Below, piece after piece: positions 11,126 to 23,001 of a stretch of 64,000 nt of DNA. The notes under the pieces were generated by a model. The model was given only the letters and a program-made list of their open reading frames with translations. It did no database searches and was not told the origin of the DNA. Positions within the stretch are counted from its first letter, which is position 1; each line of letters opens with the position of its first letter. Both the position numbers and the translations under genes were made by a program. This stretch comes from an uncultured Gammaproteobacteria bacterium (lineage in GTDB: Bacteria; Pseudomonadota; Gammaproteobacteria; JABCZS01), in assembly GCA_963848305.1 (NCBI GenBank), contig CAWKDC010000001.1, forward strand, positions 1-64,000. Direction: 5' to 3'.

Positions 11126-11770
11126 CTACTTCCCTCTCTCGAGCCGTAGCGAGTGTTCCTGCCATTTCTCGGAACACACAAAATCGAATTCCTCTGACCG
11201 GAAGCCATTCGCGCTTACCGAGCCTACGACGCTGTCGCCGCGAGCCGCAATCAGATGTGCCCGACCGTAGCGGTCAGTTTCTAGCTTGCCGACAAGCTTG
11301 ACCGTCCCGGGACGGGGGTTGGACAGCTTGAGAGAAGCGCCCGATAGCCAGTTGCCTTTCGCGTCGGAAACGCGAAACAGGAGTTCGCAGAGGGGCACCG
11401 GGGGTGGAACCTGCTCCCAGATATCGCAGGCTTGTGGATCATAGGTCACCTTGAGCAGATAGGGCCGCTCCCAGGAGACGGGAACGTCGTGAATGGTGAC
11501 TTGGTTACAGGTGCCGGCGTTGCCCACGGTGACCGTGACGGGCAGGATGCCCAGGTCGCAAAACTGCACATCTTCATTTCCTTGCATTTTTTCCTCTTTG
11601 TGACCATTCTCCTCTTTGACCGTGACCCAGAACCTGCCCCGCCGACCGTCCGGTGCGAGCGCCCGCACCGTCAATGAGCATACGTTCTGGGCTGCCACGT
11701 TCACCGTGGTGGAGACCAGACAGAAGAAAAGGATCCCAAATCCGCGTGCTACTTGACGCAGTTGTTCCAT
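11126..11770 (-). CDS. Putative periplasmic immunity protein for the upstream RHS toxin
   Basis: Overlaps the toxin 3' end; signal peptide; two beta-sandwich-like halves with Cys pairs. Confidence 0.6.
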   Translation of the reverse strand: MEQLRQVARGFGILFFCLVSTTVNVAAQNVCSLTVRALAPDGRRGRFWVTVKEENGHKEEKMQGNEDVQFCDLGILPVTVTVGNAGTCNQVTIHDVPVSWERPYLLKVTYDPQACDIWEQVPPPVPLCELLFRVSDAKGNWLSGASLKLSNPRPGTVKLVGKLETDRYGRAHLIAARGDSVVGSVSANGFRSEEFDFVCSEKWQEHSLRLERGK

Positions 11771-14700
11771 AGTCCCGTCTCGTTACTGACCCCGTTGGTC
11801 GTTTTATCAGGGTTGAGATTCCCTGCAAGGTGCTCCAACTCATGGAGAAGTGTAATATCCATATAGTCGGCGGCGCTGACAGTGGGTTGACCGTTCGAGT
11901 AACCAGTTGTAGTCAGAGGGAGGCCAAGCAAGGAAGCTTGGGCATAAAGAGCTTGGTAGGTATAGGGCTGCCCGTTCAGCGACGCACTCGTCAGGTTGGG
12001 GTCCTTCCAGTTAACCGCGGAGTTTAGAGTTATGGACCCCGTAATCGGATTACTCTTGCCGACCCAATTAGCGGATTGGGGAATAATTTGTCCACTCGCA
12101 TTAGTCGTGAGCGCAAGCGGTGCTTGCTTGAACCCGATGTTTTGGAGATCGGCTTTACACACACCGATCGACTTGAAAAGGTTTGCGCAGTTCGGTTTTG
12201 TCAGCTCGGATTCGACTCTTGAAACGGACGCGCTCACGAGCGCTGCGAGGCCCTGGTTCCCGCTGCTACCGAGCGGGTCCGTTCCAGCCGGATCGACAAA
12301 GTTGGTGGGGTGGTTGTAAGCATAAGCATAGAAGTTCATGTCGCCCCCGCCAAGCCGGATCGGGTCCTCGCTGAGGAACCGGCCGCTCATGGGGTCGTAG
12401 TATCTGGCGCGGTAGTAGTAGAGGCCGGTTTCGGAATCGAATTCCCGGCCGGTGTACTGGAAGGGATTCGTGATTGTCCCGGTTGAAGCCGTGAGGTTGC
12501 CGAACGAATCGTAGACGTAGCTATTGGCCAGTTGGCCCGAGCCATTCGTGAGTGAGGTAATCGAACCCAAGCCGTCGGCATGATAGTAGTAGGTTCCGCC
12601 TGATGCCGGTCATGGCCAGCGGCTCGTCGATGCCCGCCCCTTGCGTGTAGTGGGCCAGCAGGTTGCCTCCCGCGCCCAGTTCCTCGGTCACGTTGTCGCC
12701 GTCGTAGGCGTAAACGGTGGTCCCACTCGTTGGCGCAATCTTCTCAATCCTTCTTCCAAACGGGTCGTAGTTGAAGTTGACGGTCCCGCCCGTTCCCGGC
12801 AGGGTCACGCTGGTGAGGCGGTTCTCGAAATCCCAGGTGTAGGAGGTCGTTCCGGTCGTGAGTCGGTTTTCGAGATCGTATTGCCGTTGTTGTCGTACGT
12901 GTACGTGGCGGCGGAGGTGGAGGTGAGTTCGTTCGAAGCGTTGTAGTTGTAGGACGCGGGCCCGGCGGAGGTCAGCCGATTGCCCACCGCGTCGTAGCTG
13001 TAACTTTCCGCCACAGCTGCCGTTCACCACCGCCTGCGTCAGTTCGTAAATGTTGTCATAGCTGTAATTGGGAGAGCACCGAGACGGGATTGGGACTGGC
13101 CTCCTGGACGGCGGTCTTGGTGAGCCGGTTGCCCGCCGCGTCGTAGGTGTAACTGGCGCTTCCCGGCAGTGCCCCTCCGTTGTGCAGCACGCTCAGCAAG
13201 CGCGAGAGAGTGTCGTAGGTGTAAGACGTGTTCACGCCATTGGGCCGCGTCAAGGAAGTCCGCCGCCCCAGCGCGTCATACCCGAAACCAAAACTGCCCG
13301 AATTGGTATTCGTCAGCCCGGTCAGGCGATTCAGCGAGTCATAGCTGTAACTCGACGATGTAGCCTGCGGCATCGGTCAGCGAAGTGCGGTTTGAGGCCG
13401 CGTCGTAAGAGTAACTGTTGTTGAGCGCCGAGCTGAGGAACGAATACTGCGTGCCCGTGCCCAGCAGGCGTCCCAGGTTGTCATAAGTGAAGCGAGTAAG
13501 TCCCCGTGGGGTCGGTGACCTGCGTCAAGCGGCTCAGCGGGTCGTAAGTGTAGTTCACCGCCGTCTGAGTCCGGATAGGTCTTGCTGGTCAGGCGATACA
13601 GCGCGTCATAGCCATAGTTGATCGTCTGCCCCTTGCGGTCCGTCTTGCGTCAGCAGGTTATTCATGGCGTCATAAGTATAACTCTCGCTGAGCGTCGAGG
13701 GGAAGGTGACCTGCGTAACCCGTCCCAGGGCGTCGTAGGTAAAGCCCGTCTCGTGGTTCGCCGCGTCGGTGATGTCCACCATGTTGTTTTCCGTGTCGTA
13801 GCCGTAGACGGTCAGGTTCGACGCGGCGTCCGTGACCGCCACCAGCCGGTCGGCATCGTCGTATTGATAGGCGGTGGTTTTGCCGTTGGCGTCGGTCACG
13901 GAAATGCGCCGCCCGCGGGTAGTCGTAAGCGAATTGCGTGGTCGAGAGGTCCGGCGCGGTGATCTTGGTCAGGCGATTCATCACATCGTAAGTGTAGCCG
14001 GTCGTGTTGTTCAGCGCGTCCACGGAGGTAAGGCGGTTGCCGCGCCCGTCGTAGGTAAACGTGGTCGTGTTGTTCTGCGCGTCGGTTACGGTCGCAACCA
14101 AGCCCGCCGTGGTGTAAGTCAGGGTGGTCGTGTTCCCCTTGGGGTCGGTGACCTGGGTCAGCTCACCCAGGGTGTTGTACTGGAAGTTGGTGGTAAGGCC
14201 GGAGCCCGAGCCGCTAGGCGGCGGCGTGGTGGTGGAAAGCAGGTTGCCGTTCGCGTCATACACATTCGTGGTGACGTTTCCAGCCGGGTCGGTGGCCGTC
14301 AGCACTTCCTGGAACGAGTTGTAAGTGTAGGTCCACGTCAGGGGTGTACTCGAGTTGAGGTACTGGGTTTTGGTGAGGACGTTCCCCATCGAGTCGTAGG
14401 TGTACGTGGTAGTGTTATTCAGAGCGTCGGTGGAGGACAGCAGGTTCCCAAGCGGGTCGTAAGTCAAGGCGGTATTGCCCCGGCCGCCGCAGCTTGCGCA
14501 ACCCGAACCCGCAATCGGAGCTCACAAAATTGCGTCCGTTAATGTTTTGGTAGCCATAGACTGTGGCTCGGCCCATGGAGTCGGAAAGGCCCGTGGCACC
14601 ACTGCTCGGAAGGGCCGCGAAGGTCACTCCATTGCTGGAGACGCCGTTGACGGTGACGATCACGTTCCCGGCGATTGCTCCGGCCGGTACAGGCACCACG

Positions 14701-17700
14701 ATGCTGGTATCATCCCAGCTTGTGGGGGTGGCTGCCACCCCGCTGAAGGTTACGGTGCTGTTTCCCTGAGACGCTCCGAAGGCGGTTCCCGTAACAGTCA
14801 CCACCGTTCCCACCGGCCCAAGCTGAGGAGTCAAGCTGGTAATGTTCGGTGGTGGCACGGTGAAGGGTATGGCGTTACTGGCCAGATTGTCGACCGTGAC
14901 GATCACGTTCCCGGTGGTGGCCCCCACCGGCACCGGAACGATGATGCTCGTATTCACCCAACTGGTGGCGGTGGCGGCCACGCCGTTGAACGTGACCGTG
15001 CTGCTTCCCTGTGCCGCGCCAAAGTTGGCACCGGTGATCGTCACCGGCGTCCCGACCTCACCGAAAGTGGGAGACAAGGCGGTAATAGTTGGCGGTACCA
15101 TCACCGTGAAGAAAATCCCGTTGCTCGCGCTACCATTCACCGTGACGATGACGTTCCCGGTTGTCGCCCCGGCGGGGACCTGCGTAACAATCTGGGTACT
15201 GCTCAACGACGTCACGCTCGCTGGAGCCCCGTCAAACGTGACCGTGGTGCTTCCTTGCGCCGCGCCAAAGTTCGCACCGGTGATCGTTACCGCCACGCCG
15301 ATCACCCCGAAATTCGGCGACAATGTAGTGATGCTTGGTCCGAGCGCGCCTGCGGGGCCCACCGTCAGCGCCGTCAATCCACAAATTGAACCCGTGCAGG
15401 CGCTCACGGTGGCCGTGCCTTGTGCCACGCCATAGGCGTTGCCACGGTCCGTGGCATCGTTGGACAGAATTACAATAGAAGTATCAGATGAGCTCCAGGT
15501 GGCAGAGGCCAAGATTTGCGTGCTGTTATCATTGAATGTGCCGATGGCGGTCAACGGCTGGCCGGAACCCAAGGGGGTGGAGGGATTGGCGGGGGTAACG
15601 GCGATCGAAACCAAACTGGGAGGAGCGAAAGTACCCGGTTGGTACAGTTCCGCGCTGGCGAGAACGTTTCCATTGTTATCCTCGCCGCCCGCAAAAAGAA
15701 CAGCGCCTCCATCGAGCAGCGTTGCCGCAGGCCCACTGCGCGCCGTACTGAGATTGCCGGCGCTTGTAAAGGCTCCCACAGTGGGGTCGTACAACTCAAG
15801 GCTCGCGAGTGCATTGCCGTTGATGTCCCAACCTCCGGCAACCAGCACGGTGCCGTTGTTCAATGGGGTTGCTGTGTGAGACGTTCGGGCCGTGTTCAGG
15901 CCGCCGGTGGTGCTGAAGGTCCCGGAAACAGGGTCATAAACTTCGGCGCTGGCCAGGGCATTCTAGTTCCTGTCGTAACCCCCAGCGATCAGTACTTTGC
16001 CGTTATTCAATAGTGTTGCCGTATGGTAGGTTCTGGCCGTGTTCAGGCTGGCGATGGTGCTGAAAATCCCCGTGACTGGGTTATAAAGCTCAGCGCTTCC
16101 AAGCACGTTATTATTATTGTCGTCTCCGCCCATGATGAGAACCATGCCGTTATTAAGCAGAGTGGCCGTATGATTTTCTCGCCCGGCATTCAGGCTGCCA
16201 GTGGGGTTGAAGCTGCTTGCTGCCGGGTTGTAGATCTCGGCGCCACTGAGCAGGTTATAGTTTGCATCCACTCCGCCTACGATGAGAACCATACCATTGT
16301 TCAGGAGTGTCGCAGTGTGAGCCAAATGTGCCGAAAACATACTGCCGGTTGTCGAGAAGCTTTCTGTCGCGGGGTTATAAAGTTCCGCGCTGGCAAAAGG
16401 GGGATCCACACCGCCCACGAAGCCTTGGCCTCCGGCTACGAGAACCAATCCGTTATTCAGCAACGTCGCCGTCTGGTAGTCACGCACGGTGTTCAAACTG
16501 CCCACGGCCGTGAAAGTCCCCGCATCAGGATCGTAAATCTCGGCGTTGGGTACGGGATTATAGTTGCTATCCATTCCACCCGTGATTAGGACCGTCCCGT
16601 TATCAAGCAGGTTGCCCGTGGCGCCATAACGGGCGGCGTTCAGGCTGCCGGGTGTTGCGTTCCCCGTAGATGCGACCACCATGAATTCCACGCCGTTGCT
16701 TGCCGATCCATTGGCAGTAACGATGATGTTCCCGGTAGTGGCGCCGAGCGGTAGCGCTGCCGTGATGCTCGTGTCGCTCCAGTTCGTAGGGGAGAGCAAG
16801 ACACCGTTAAGCATCACAGTACTGCTCCCCTGTGTGGGTCCGAAATTCGTCCCCGTAAGGGTTACGGAGGTACCCACCGGGCCAGAGTTGGGAGACAAGC
16901 CGGCAATATTCGGTACTACCACAGTGAAGGGCAGCCCATTGCTGGCGGTGCTGTTTACCGTAACGACGACGTTTCCGCTCGTTGCTCCCGAGGGTACCTG
17001 CGCACCGATGCTTCCAGTCCCCCACGAGACGACGCTCGCGGTAGCCCCATTGAACGTGACGGTGCTCGCTCCCTGGGGTATCCCAAAGTTTGTGCCAGCG
17101 ATTGTAACCAGAGTGCCCGCCGGCCCGGAAGCGGGCGACAAGCTCGTGATGCTCGGAACTGGTGCAGTTCCGCTGCCTACGGTTATAGTCAGGGTCGTCG
17201 AACCACAAATTGAGCCTGTGCAGGCACTCACGGTGGCCGCGCCCTGCGCCACTCCCATGGCGTTGCCAAAATTGGTCGCATCGTTAGTCAGACTTGCGAT
17301 TGCGCTATTGGACGAGCTCCAAGTGGCGGATGCCAAGCTTTGGGTGCTGGAATCACCGAAGGTGCCGGTCGCGACAAACTGCTGGCTGGAACCAACGAAT
17401 ATCGATGTATTGGCGGGGCTGATGGTAATTGAAACCAATCCTGATGGCGCGAGCGTATTTGGTTGGTACAGTTCCGCGCTGGCGAGTGCATTTCCATTGT
17501 TGTCCGAGCCACCCGCGAGGAGGACCGTTCCGGTAATCAGCAACGTCTCAGTCGAGCCACCCCGCGCGGTGCTAAGATTTCCAGGGCTTGTAAAAGCTCC
17601 TGCTGTGGGATCGTACAAGTCAAGGCTCGCCAAGACATTGCCATTAATGTCCCAGCCCCCGCCAACCAGCACGGTGCCGTTGTTGAGAAGCGTAGCGGTG

Positions 17701-18806
17701 TGTGAATTCCGGCCTGTCGAGAGACTACCGGTTACGGAGAACGTGCCAGCGATTGGGTCGTAGAGCTCGGCGTCAGCGAGAGCCATGGTGGTATTGTTCG
17801 AGCCCCCTGCAACGAGAACCTTCCCATTGTTTAATAGGGATGCTGTGTGCCATTCACGGGGGGTATTCAGGCTGGCAATGGTGCTGAAGGTGCCGGTTGC
17901 CGGATTGTAAAGTTCGGCGCTCCCGAGGGCGTTGCCGCTACTATCTTGACCGCCCGTGATGAGAACCATGCCGTTATTAAGCAAAGTGGCCGTATGGCCT
18001 TGGCGGGCGGCATTAAGGCTGCCGGTCACCGTGAATGTGCCGCTTACCGGATCGTAGATCTCTGCGGTGGCGATAATGGTATAAGTGGGATCCATTCCTC
18101 CCGCAAGAAGGACCGTGCCATTGCTCAGCAACGTTGCAGTGTGATAGACGCGGGGCGTGTTCAGGTTACCCGTGGAGGTGAAGGTTTGCGTCGCGGGGTT
18201 GTACGTCTCAGCGCTGGCCAAGGGAGTGTAATTGGTATTTACGCCACCTGTAATTAGAACCATCCCGTTGTTCAGGAGTGTAGCAGCGTGTAAGTAGCGT
18301 GCGGTGTTGAGGCCGCCCGTGGATGTGAACCCTCCTGCCGTGGGGTCATAAATCTCGGCGCTTGACAGGGCATTGTAGTTGCTGTCCGCGCCCCCTGTTA
18401 GCAGAACTATGGCATTATTAAGCAGGGTTGCAGTCTGCAAAGTGCGGGCAGTAGACATGACGCCGGGCGTGGGCGTGCAGCACGATGCGACGATGGTAAA
18501 ACTCATGCCATTACTGGCCACGCTGTTTACTGTGACCACAACGTTCCCGCTCGTTGCCCCGACCGGCACCGGAACGGTAATGCCCGTGTCATTCCAATTT
18601 GTAGGTGTGCCTGCCACACCGTTGAAAGTCACGGTGCTGGTCCCTTGCGCTGCCCCAAATCCCGCCCCGGTGACCGTCACAGAGGATCCCACAGAACCAC
18701 CAGTTGGCGTAAGAGCCGTTATCGAAGGAGAAGACTGAGCCAGGACGCCTCTTGCAGATAATGCAACAAACAGAATAAAAGCGAGTCTTTGAAGACGAGG
18801 GCGCAT
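11749..18806 (-). CDS. Giant secreted Kelch/IPT-TIG/Big_2-RHS polymorphic toxin with C-terminal HExxH domain (in-frame TAG at 15963-15965 and several frameshifts in 12600-14540)
   Basis: Signal peptide; 2x7 Kelch repeats (HTATLLNNGxVLxxGG); 6 IPT/TIG; 2 Big_2; YD repeats; core FTGREFDSETGLYYYRARYYDP-like motif, PTNFVDPAG; LLHELEH. Confidence 0.85.
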
Positions 18807-19094
18807 TGTAGACTCCATGCTCATGGCGGTTACTAATGCGATGACAACGAGCACGAGACGTACCCTTTTATGTTAAGTATAAGTTGCAGCAATGCCTGAA
18901 TTGGAACATTTCGTCAGACCGATATTTTGTCGATATTCTCTAATAAATTACTAGGATTGTGTGCTTTCCGCCGCCCCAGCGCCAAGGTCATCCGCTCTCA
19001 AGGTGCTCGACTTGAATGCAGAAGTTTGGGTGTAATTCCGCTTCTTGAGATCGATGGAGTGATTCATTTTCCACAGGGACATAACTGCCATGCC

Positions 19095-19172
19095 CGCGTC
19101 GGAGTCTCATCCGATGTAGTCGCGCACTGCGCGAAGGTCTTCGATGGAGGGATCCGTCCAGATGAGCTTCAT
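19095..19172 (-). pseudogene. Truncated RelE/ParE toxin
   Basis: MKLIWTDPSIEDLRAVRDYIG*DS: typical ParE N-terminus; ATGA overlap with the antitoxin; TGA at 19107-19109. Confidence 0.65.
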
Positions 19173-19348
19173 TCGGAGAGGAGCTGCTTCTTCACTTCGT
19201 CGTGAGGGACGACGCGGCCCTGTTCGGCCGCCTCGATCCCCTTGGCAATTTTCTTCCGCACGTACATCTGATAGATCAGGTCGTCCCAGGAAGTTTCCTC
19301 GGGCAGGGCGTCGATCAACTTCTGGGCTTCTTCTCTTACTCCACCCAT
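19169..19348 (-). CDS. Small antitoxin of a RelE/ParE-type TA pair (59 aa, absent from the ORF track)
   Basis: MGGVREEAQKLIDALPEETSWDDLIYQMYVRKKIAKGIEAAEQGRVVPHDEVKKQLLSE; SD ggagg upstream. Confidence 0.8.
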   Translation of the reverse strand: MGGVREEAQKLIDALPEETSWDDLIYQMYVRKKIAKGIEAAEQGRVVPHDEVKKQLLSE

Positions 19349-19756
19349 GTTCCTTCCTCCTTCACTTCGTCACCAAGTCTCCTTCCGAATGTATCACAAA
19401 ACCCGGCATTCGAGGTAACGCACCCAGATTCGAGGGTGGCGCATCGCCTTTTGTGTGGCGTCACCACGCTGCGACGTTGGCGGTTCTCGAGTGCGCCGTT
19501 CGCACGGCCTTTGCCCCAACTTGAGGGCGTAACCCCAGGGCACATAGGCCTTGACATCTTTAGGCGTTCCTTCCGGGCTCGCCCAAGTACCGGCTGCCAG
19601 CACCAGAATCAGAAAAGCAGGCCTCACGGTCACATCGAGCGGCACGACGTCCTGCGGGGAAAATTGGCGGGCTTTCGGGCTTACTTCGCAGGGCAACGGC
19701 TGCAATCGCTTCAACATCTTTAACAACATGAACTTGGATCAGGGGTACACTCAATC

Positions 19757-21313
19757 ATGACCACTCATCGTGTTGGCTGGCGGTTCGCTCTGGTGGCAAG
19801 CGCAATGATGGTGGTTTGCGCTCCATCTTCCGTAGAACTGCTCGGCCAGGCGAACGCCTCTCAAACCGAGGTCATCACCATCGACGCCCGGGCGGCCTTG
19901 CACCCCTTCCCCCACTCTTGGGAACGAATGTTCGGGTCAGGCCGCGCCATCCTTTCCTTGCGTGACAGCTACCGCCGCGACCTGCGTGAAGTCAAGAAGG
20001 CCACCGGCTTCGAGTACATCCGCTTCCACGCCATCTTCGATGACGAGGTGGGACTTTACAATGAAGACGAGCACGGCAATCCTCTCTACAATTACTCCTA
20101 CGTGGATCAGATTTACGATGGCTTCCTTCAGAACGGCGTGCGACCCTTCGTTGAGCTGAGCTTCATGCCCGAAAAGCTGGCGTCTACCCCGTCTCGCCAG
20201 GCCTTCTTCTACAAGCCCTTCAACTCCCCGCCCAGGGACTGGGACCGCTGGGGCGACTTGGTCGGGCACTTCGCACAACACCTGGTGGATCGATATGGCA
20301 TCGATGAGGTCTCCCAATGGTATTTTGAGGTTTGGAATGAGCCCAACCTTGACTTCTGGGCAGGGAGTCCCAAGGAGCTCGACTACTATCACCTCTACGA
20401 CATTTCGTCGCGCGCCATAAAGTCCGTCAGCCCCCGTTTGCGTGTGGGTGGGCCCGCTACCGCGCAAGCCGCCTGGGTGGATCGATTCATCCAGCACTGC
20501 GTCGATGGCAATGTGCCAGTGGACTTTGTGTCCACTCACGTCTACGCCAATGATACGGCCAAGGACGTCTTCGGGACTGACGAGCAGATTCCGCGCGACC
20601 AGATGGTCTACCGCGCCGTCCGCAAAGTCCACGACCAGGTGAAGGCCTCCGCCAAACCCGACTTGCCCCTTATCTTCAGTGAATACAACGCCAGCTATAA
20701 AAATGAGGTGGATGTGACCGATTCCGCCTTCATGGGCCCGTGGCTCGCCAATACCATCCGCCAATGCGATGGCTTGACCGACATAATGTCTTATTGGGCT
20801 TTCTCCGATGTCTTCGAGGAGCAAGGTGTCGTAAAGCGTCCATTTTACGGCGGTTACGGCTTGATGGCTGCCGGGAATATTCCCAAAGCGGCCTACAACG
20901 ACTTTTTGTTGCTTCACGAACTGGGCGCCCAACGCATCGGCGTCAACTCCGACTCTGCGCTCGCCACCCGCCGCGCGGACGGCTCGCTGGCCATCGCCGT
21001 GTGGAATTACGCGCCCCCTGGAAACGGCGGCGCCCCAAAACGTATCACCCTTTTGCTAAAAGAATTGAGGAGTGGTGGAATAACCCGAATCCAGATCGTC
21101 GATCCCCACCACGGCTCCGCACTATCTGCATGGGAGGCGATGGGCAAACCGGACTTTCCCAGCCGCGAGCAGCAGGAGAGTCTGCGCAAGGCTGCGGAAC
21201 TCGGCCCGCCGGAGATTCGTCCCTTACCTCATGCCGACCCCTCCACGCTCGAACTCACTCTTGAGCCGCAAGGCCTGGCATTGATTGAGGCTTCAGGGGC
21301 GGACTCCAAATAG
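19757..21313 (+). CDS. GH39 beta-xylosidase, secreted
   Basis: YIRFHAIF, RPFVELSFMP, FEVWNEPN, LIFSEYN and SYWAFSDVFEE motifs. Confidence 0.92.
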   Translation: MTTHRVGWRFALVASAMMVVCAPSSVELLGQANASQTEVITIDARAALHPFPHSWERMFGSGRAILSLRDSYRRDLREVKKATGFEYIRFHAIFDDEVGLYNEDEHGNPLYNYSYVDQIYDGFLQNGVRPFVELSFMPEKLASTPSRQAFFYKPFNSPPRDWDRWGDLVGHFAQHLVDRYGIDEVSQWYFEVWNEPNLDFWAGSPKELDYYHLYDISSRAIKSVSPRLRVGGPATAQAAWVDRFIQHCVDGNVPVDFVSTHVYANDTAKDVFGTDEQIPRDQMVYRAVRKVHDQVKASAKPDLPLIFSEYNASYKNEVDVTDSAFMGPWLANTIRQCDGLTDIMSYWAFSDVFEEQGVVKRPFYGGYGLMAAGNIPKAAYNDFLLLHELGAQRIGVNSDSALATRRADGSLAIAVWNYAPPGNGGAPKRITLLLKELRSGGITRIQIVDPHHGSALSAWEAMGKPDFPSREQQESLRKAAELGPPEIRPLPHADPSTLELTLEPQGLALIEASGADSK

Positions 21314-21344
21314 CAATCCATCACAATTAGAAACCTGCCTGGCT

Positions 21345-22803
21345 TCAGGGCGCGGAGGGTGTCGGATGAGTTGCGGCGTCGGAACCAGGCGTAAGTGCTG
21401 TCTCCTGAGTCCCTGACATTTTATAAGGTTTAAATCCAGCACGTTCCATGCCCCGGCGGGCTTCCGGACTCTTCATGAAAGTCTCCCAAACAAATCCGGT
21501 GCGCAAATTCTCCGCCATCAACAGGGTAATTCCTGTGTCGATTCCAATCGCGTCGTGGTCATACCAGCCTTTGAGAGGGTTGAAAGCATTGACGAACCCA
21601 TACTTGCTATAGGCGCCATTCCCGTACCGCGCCCGGATGTTTCGCAGGACGCGCAGAGTTGCGTCCGGGAGAAACGGCAGTGACCCTCCCGGCGCACTGG
21701 GAACAAGGGTTCCGTCAATCGGCCCCATTTCGGGAGGACCGCCCCAGGCCACATAGCCGTATTGCGAATCCGACGCCGTAATGCCCCACAGTTCGTCGCT
21801 GTAATCAGGAAACTGCTTTCCCAGTTCCACGCAGAACCGGCGATGGACTTCCGTAGCGATGACCGAATTTTGAAAATAATCCGCATACCGGTCGCGCACG
21901 CCACGGAAATCAAACCAAGCCTGGGAGTATTGATGCACAAACAATGGCGCAAACGATCCGATGTACCGAAGGCCCTCATAATCGAACGTTGTGCGCTTCC
22001 AGGCGTCCCAGGCTCCCTTCGGTAATGGATGCGATGAAGATCCTAGTCCCAGCAGGTACATCATCATCAATTCGCTGTAATAGTCCCAGCGGTACGGCAG
22101 GAAGCCGTTCTCCGGAACCCATCCGTGGGGAAGCAAGCCGGTGACGGTGTCCATCGATAGCCAAGTCCAATCCACGCGGTTAAAGATGGCGCGCGCCAGA
22201 TCGGTGATTCCGGATTCCGAGAAGTGATGGGCACAGGCAAGAACGCCGCAAAGCAGGATGGCCGTATCTACGGAGGAGACTTCCGATTCCCACAATCTTT
22301 CGCCCGTTTTGATATCGGCGAAGTGATAGAAGAATCCTCGATGCTGAGGCATTTTCTCCCATAGGAAAATCAAAGTGTTCAAGGCTCGCCTTCGGGCCTC
22401 AAAAAAGTGAATGATATTTGCGCTTTTCCCCAATGCAAAGAGCCGTCAGTCCGAAGCCTGTCGCTGCAATACTCGCCACCACACTGTTGTCAGTGGCGGC
22501 GCGAACGTTGCATCGGTCCTTGACCAGTCCGGTCTGCGGATTCCCTTGTTCCCAAAAGTAGGCGACAGTAACTCGCTCCAATTCCTCCAGAAACAGGTCG
22601 TCCTCCGGGGAAAGAGCTATTGGGGGAAGCGGAAGAAGCGGAAGAGGGGAAAGGAGGTGCGGCATTTCCGTCGAGGCGGATAATAGACTTGGCATTCCCA
22701 ACTTTAAAAGCGAACCGCCGATGCATGATTTGGAGATCCGCCTTAACAGCTCCCTTCGTGACAGAGACAGGCAAGGATCTCTCTTTTCGTCCATAAACTC
22801 CAT
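21345..22803 (-). CDS. Tat-exported glucoamylase-family (GH144-like beta-1,2-glucanase) protein (frameshift near 22420)
   Basis: SRRELL Tat motif; GLVKDR, SIAATGFGL, GFFYHF, SSVDTA, PLFVHQYS, WGITASD and IGIDTG motifs. Confidence 0.8.
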
Positions 22804-22829
22804 TTTAGCCCATTTCGGGCAGTTCTACG

Positions 22830-22905
22830 GTTTGATGTAGAGGCGGCTTTACGCTACCATTTGGTCCGTCGGTTGATGGATAAACTCGCCGCTACAACAT
22901 CAAAC
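22830..22905. repeat. Degenerate GTAG-type REP doublet
   Basis: gtttgatgtagaggcggcttt...gccgctacaacatcaaac; same family as 37210-37287 and 39747-39797. Confidence 0.7.
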
Positions 22906-23001
22906 GGGGAGGTCCCGCCGTCAAGCGGTTGCGGCAAATAGGAACGACGTTATCTGGCCCTGAATGCGTTTTGCCCTAAACCGTCGTAAAATGGTAAGAG
23001 A

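Noticed and set aside
16681-17763. Long antisense ORFs (also 2770-3912, 46830-47954, 57352-58659)
   Set aside because: Shadow frames of well-supported genes in GC-rich, codon-biased DNA
19394-19729. 111-aa minus-strand ORF, and gggtggcgca at ~19434 as a REP foot
   Set aside because: No recognisable motifs and no convincing hairpin after the foot-like sequence
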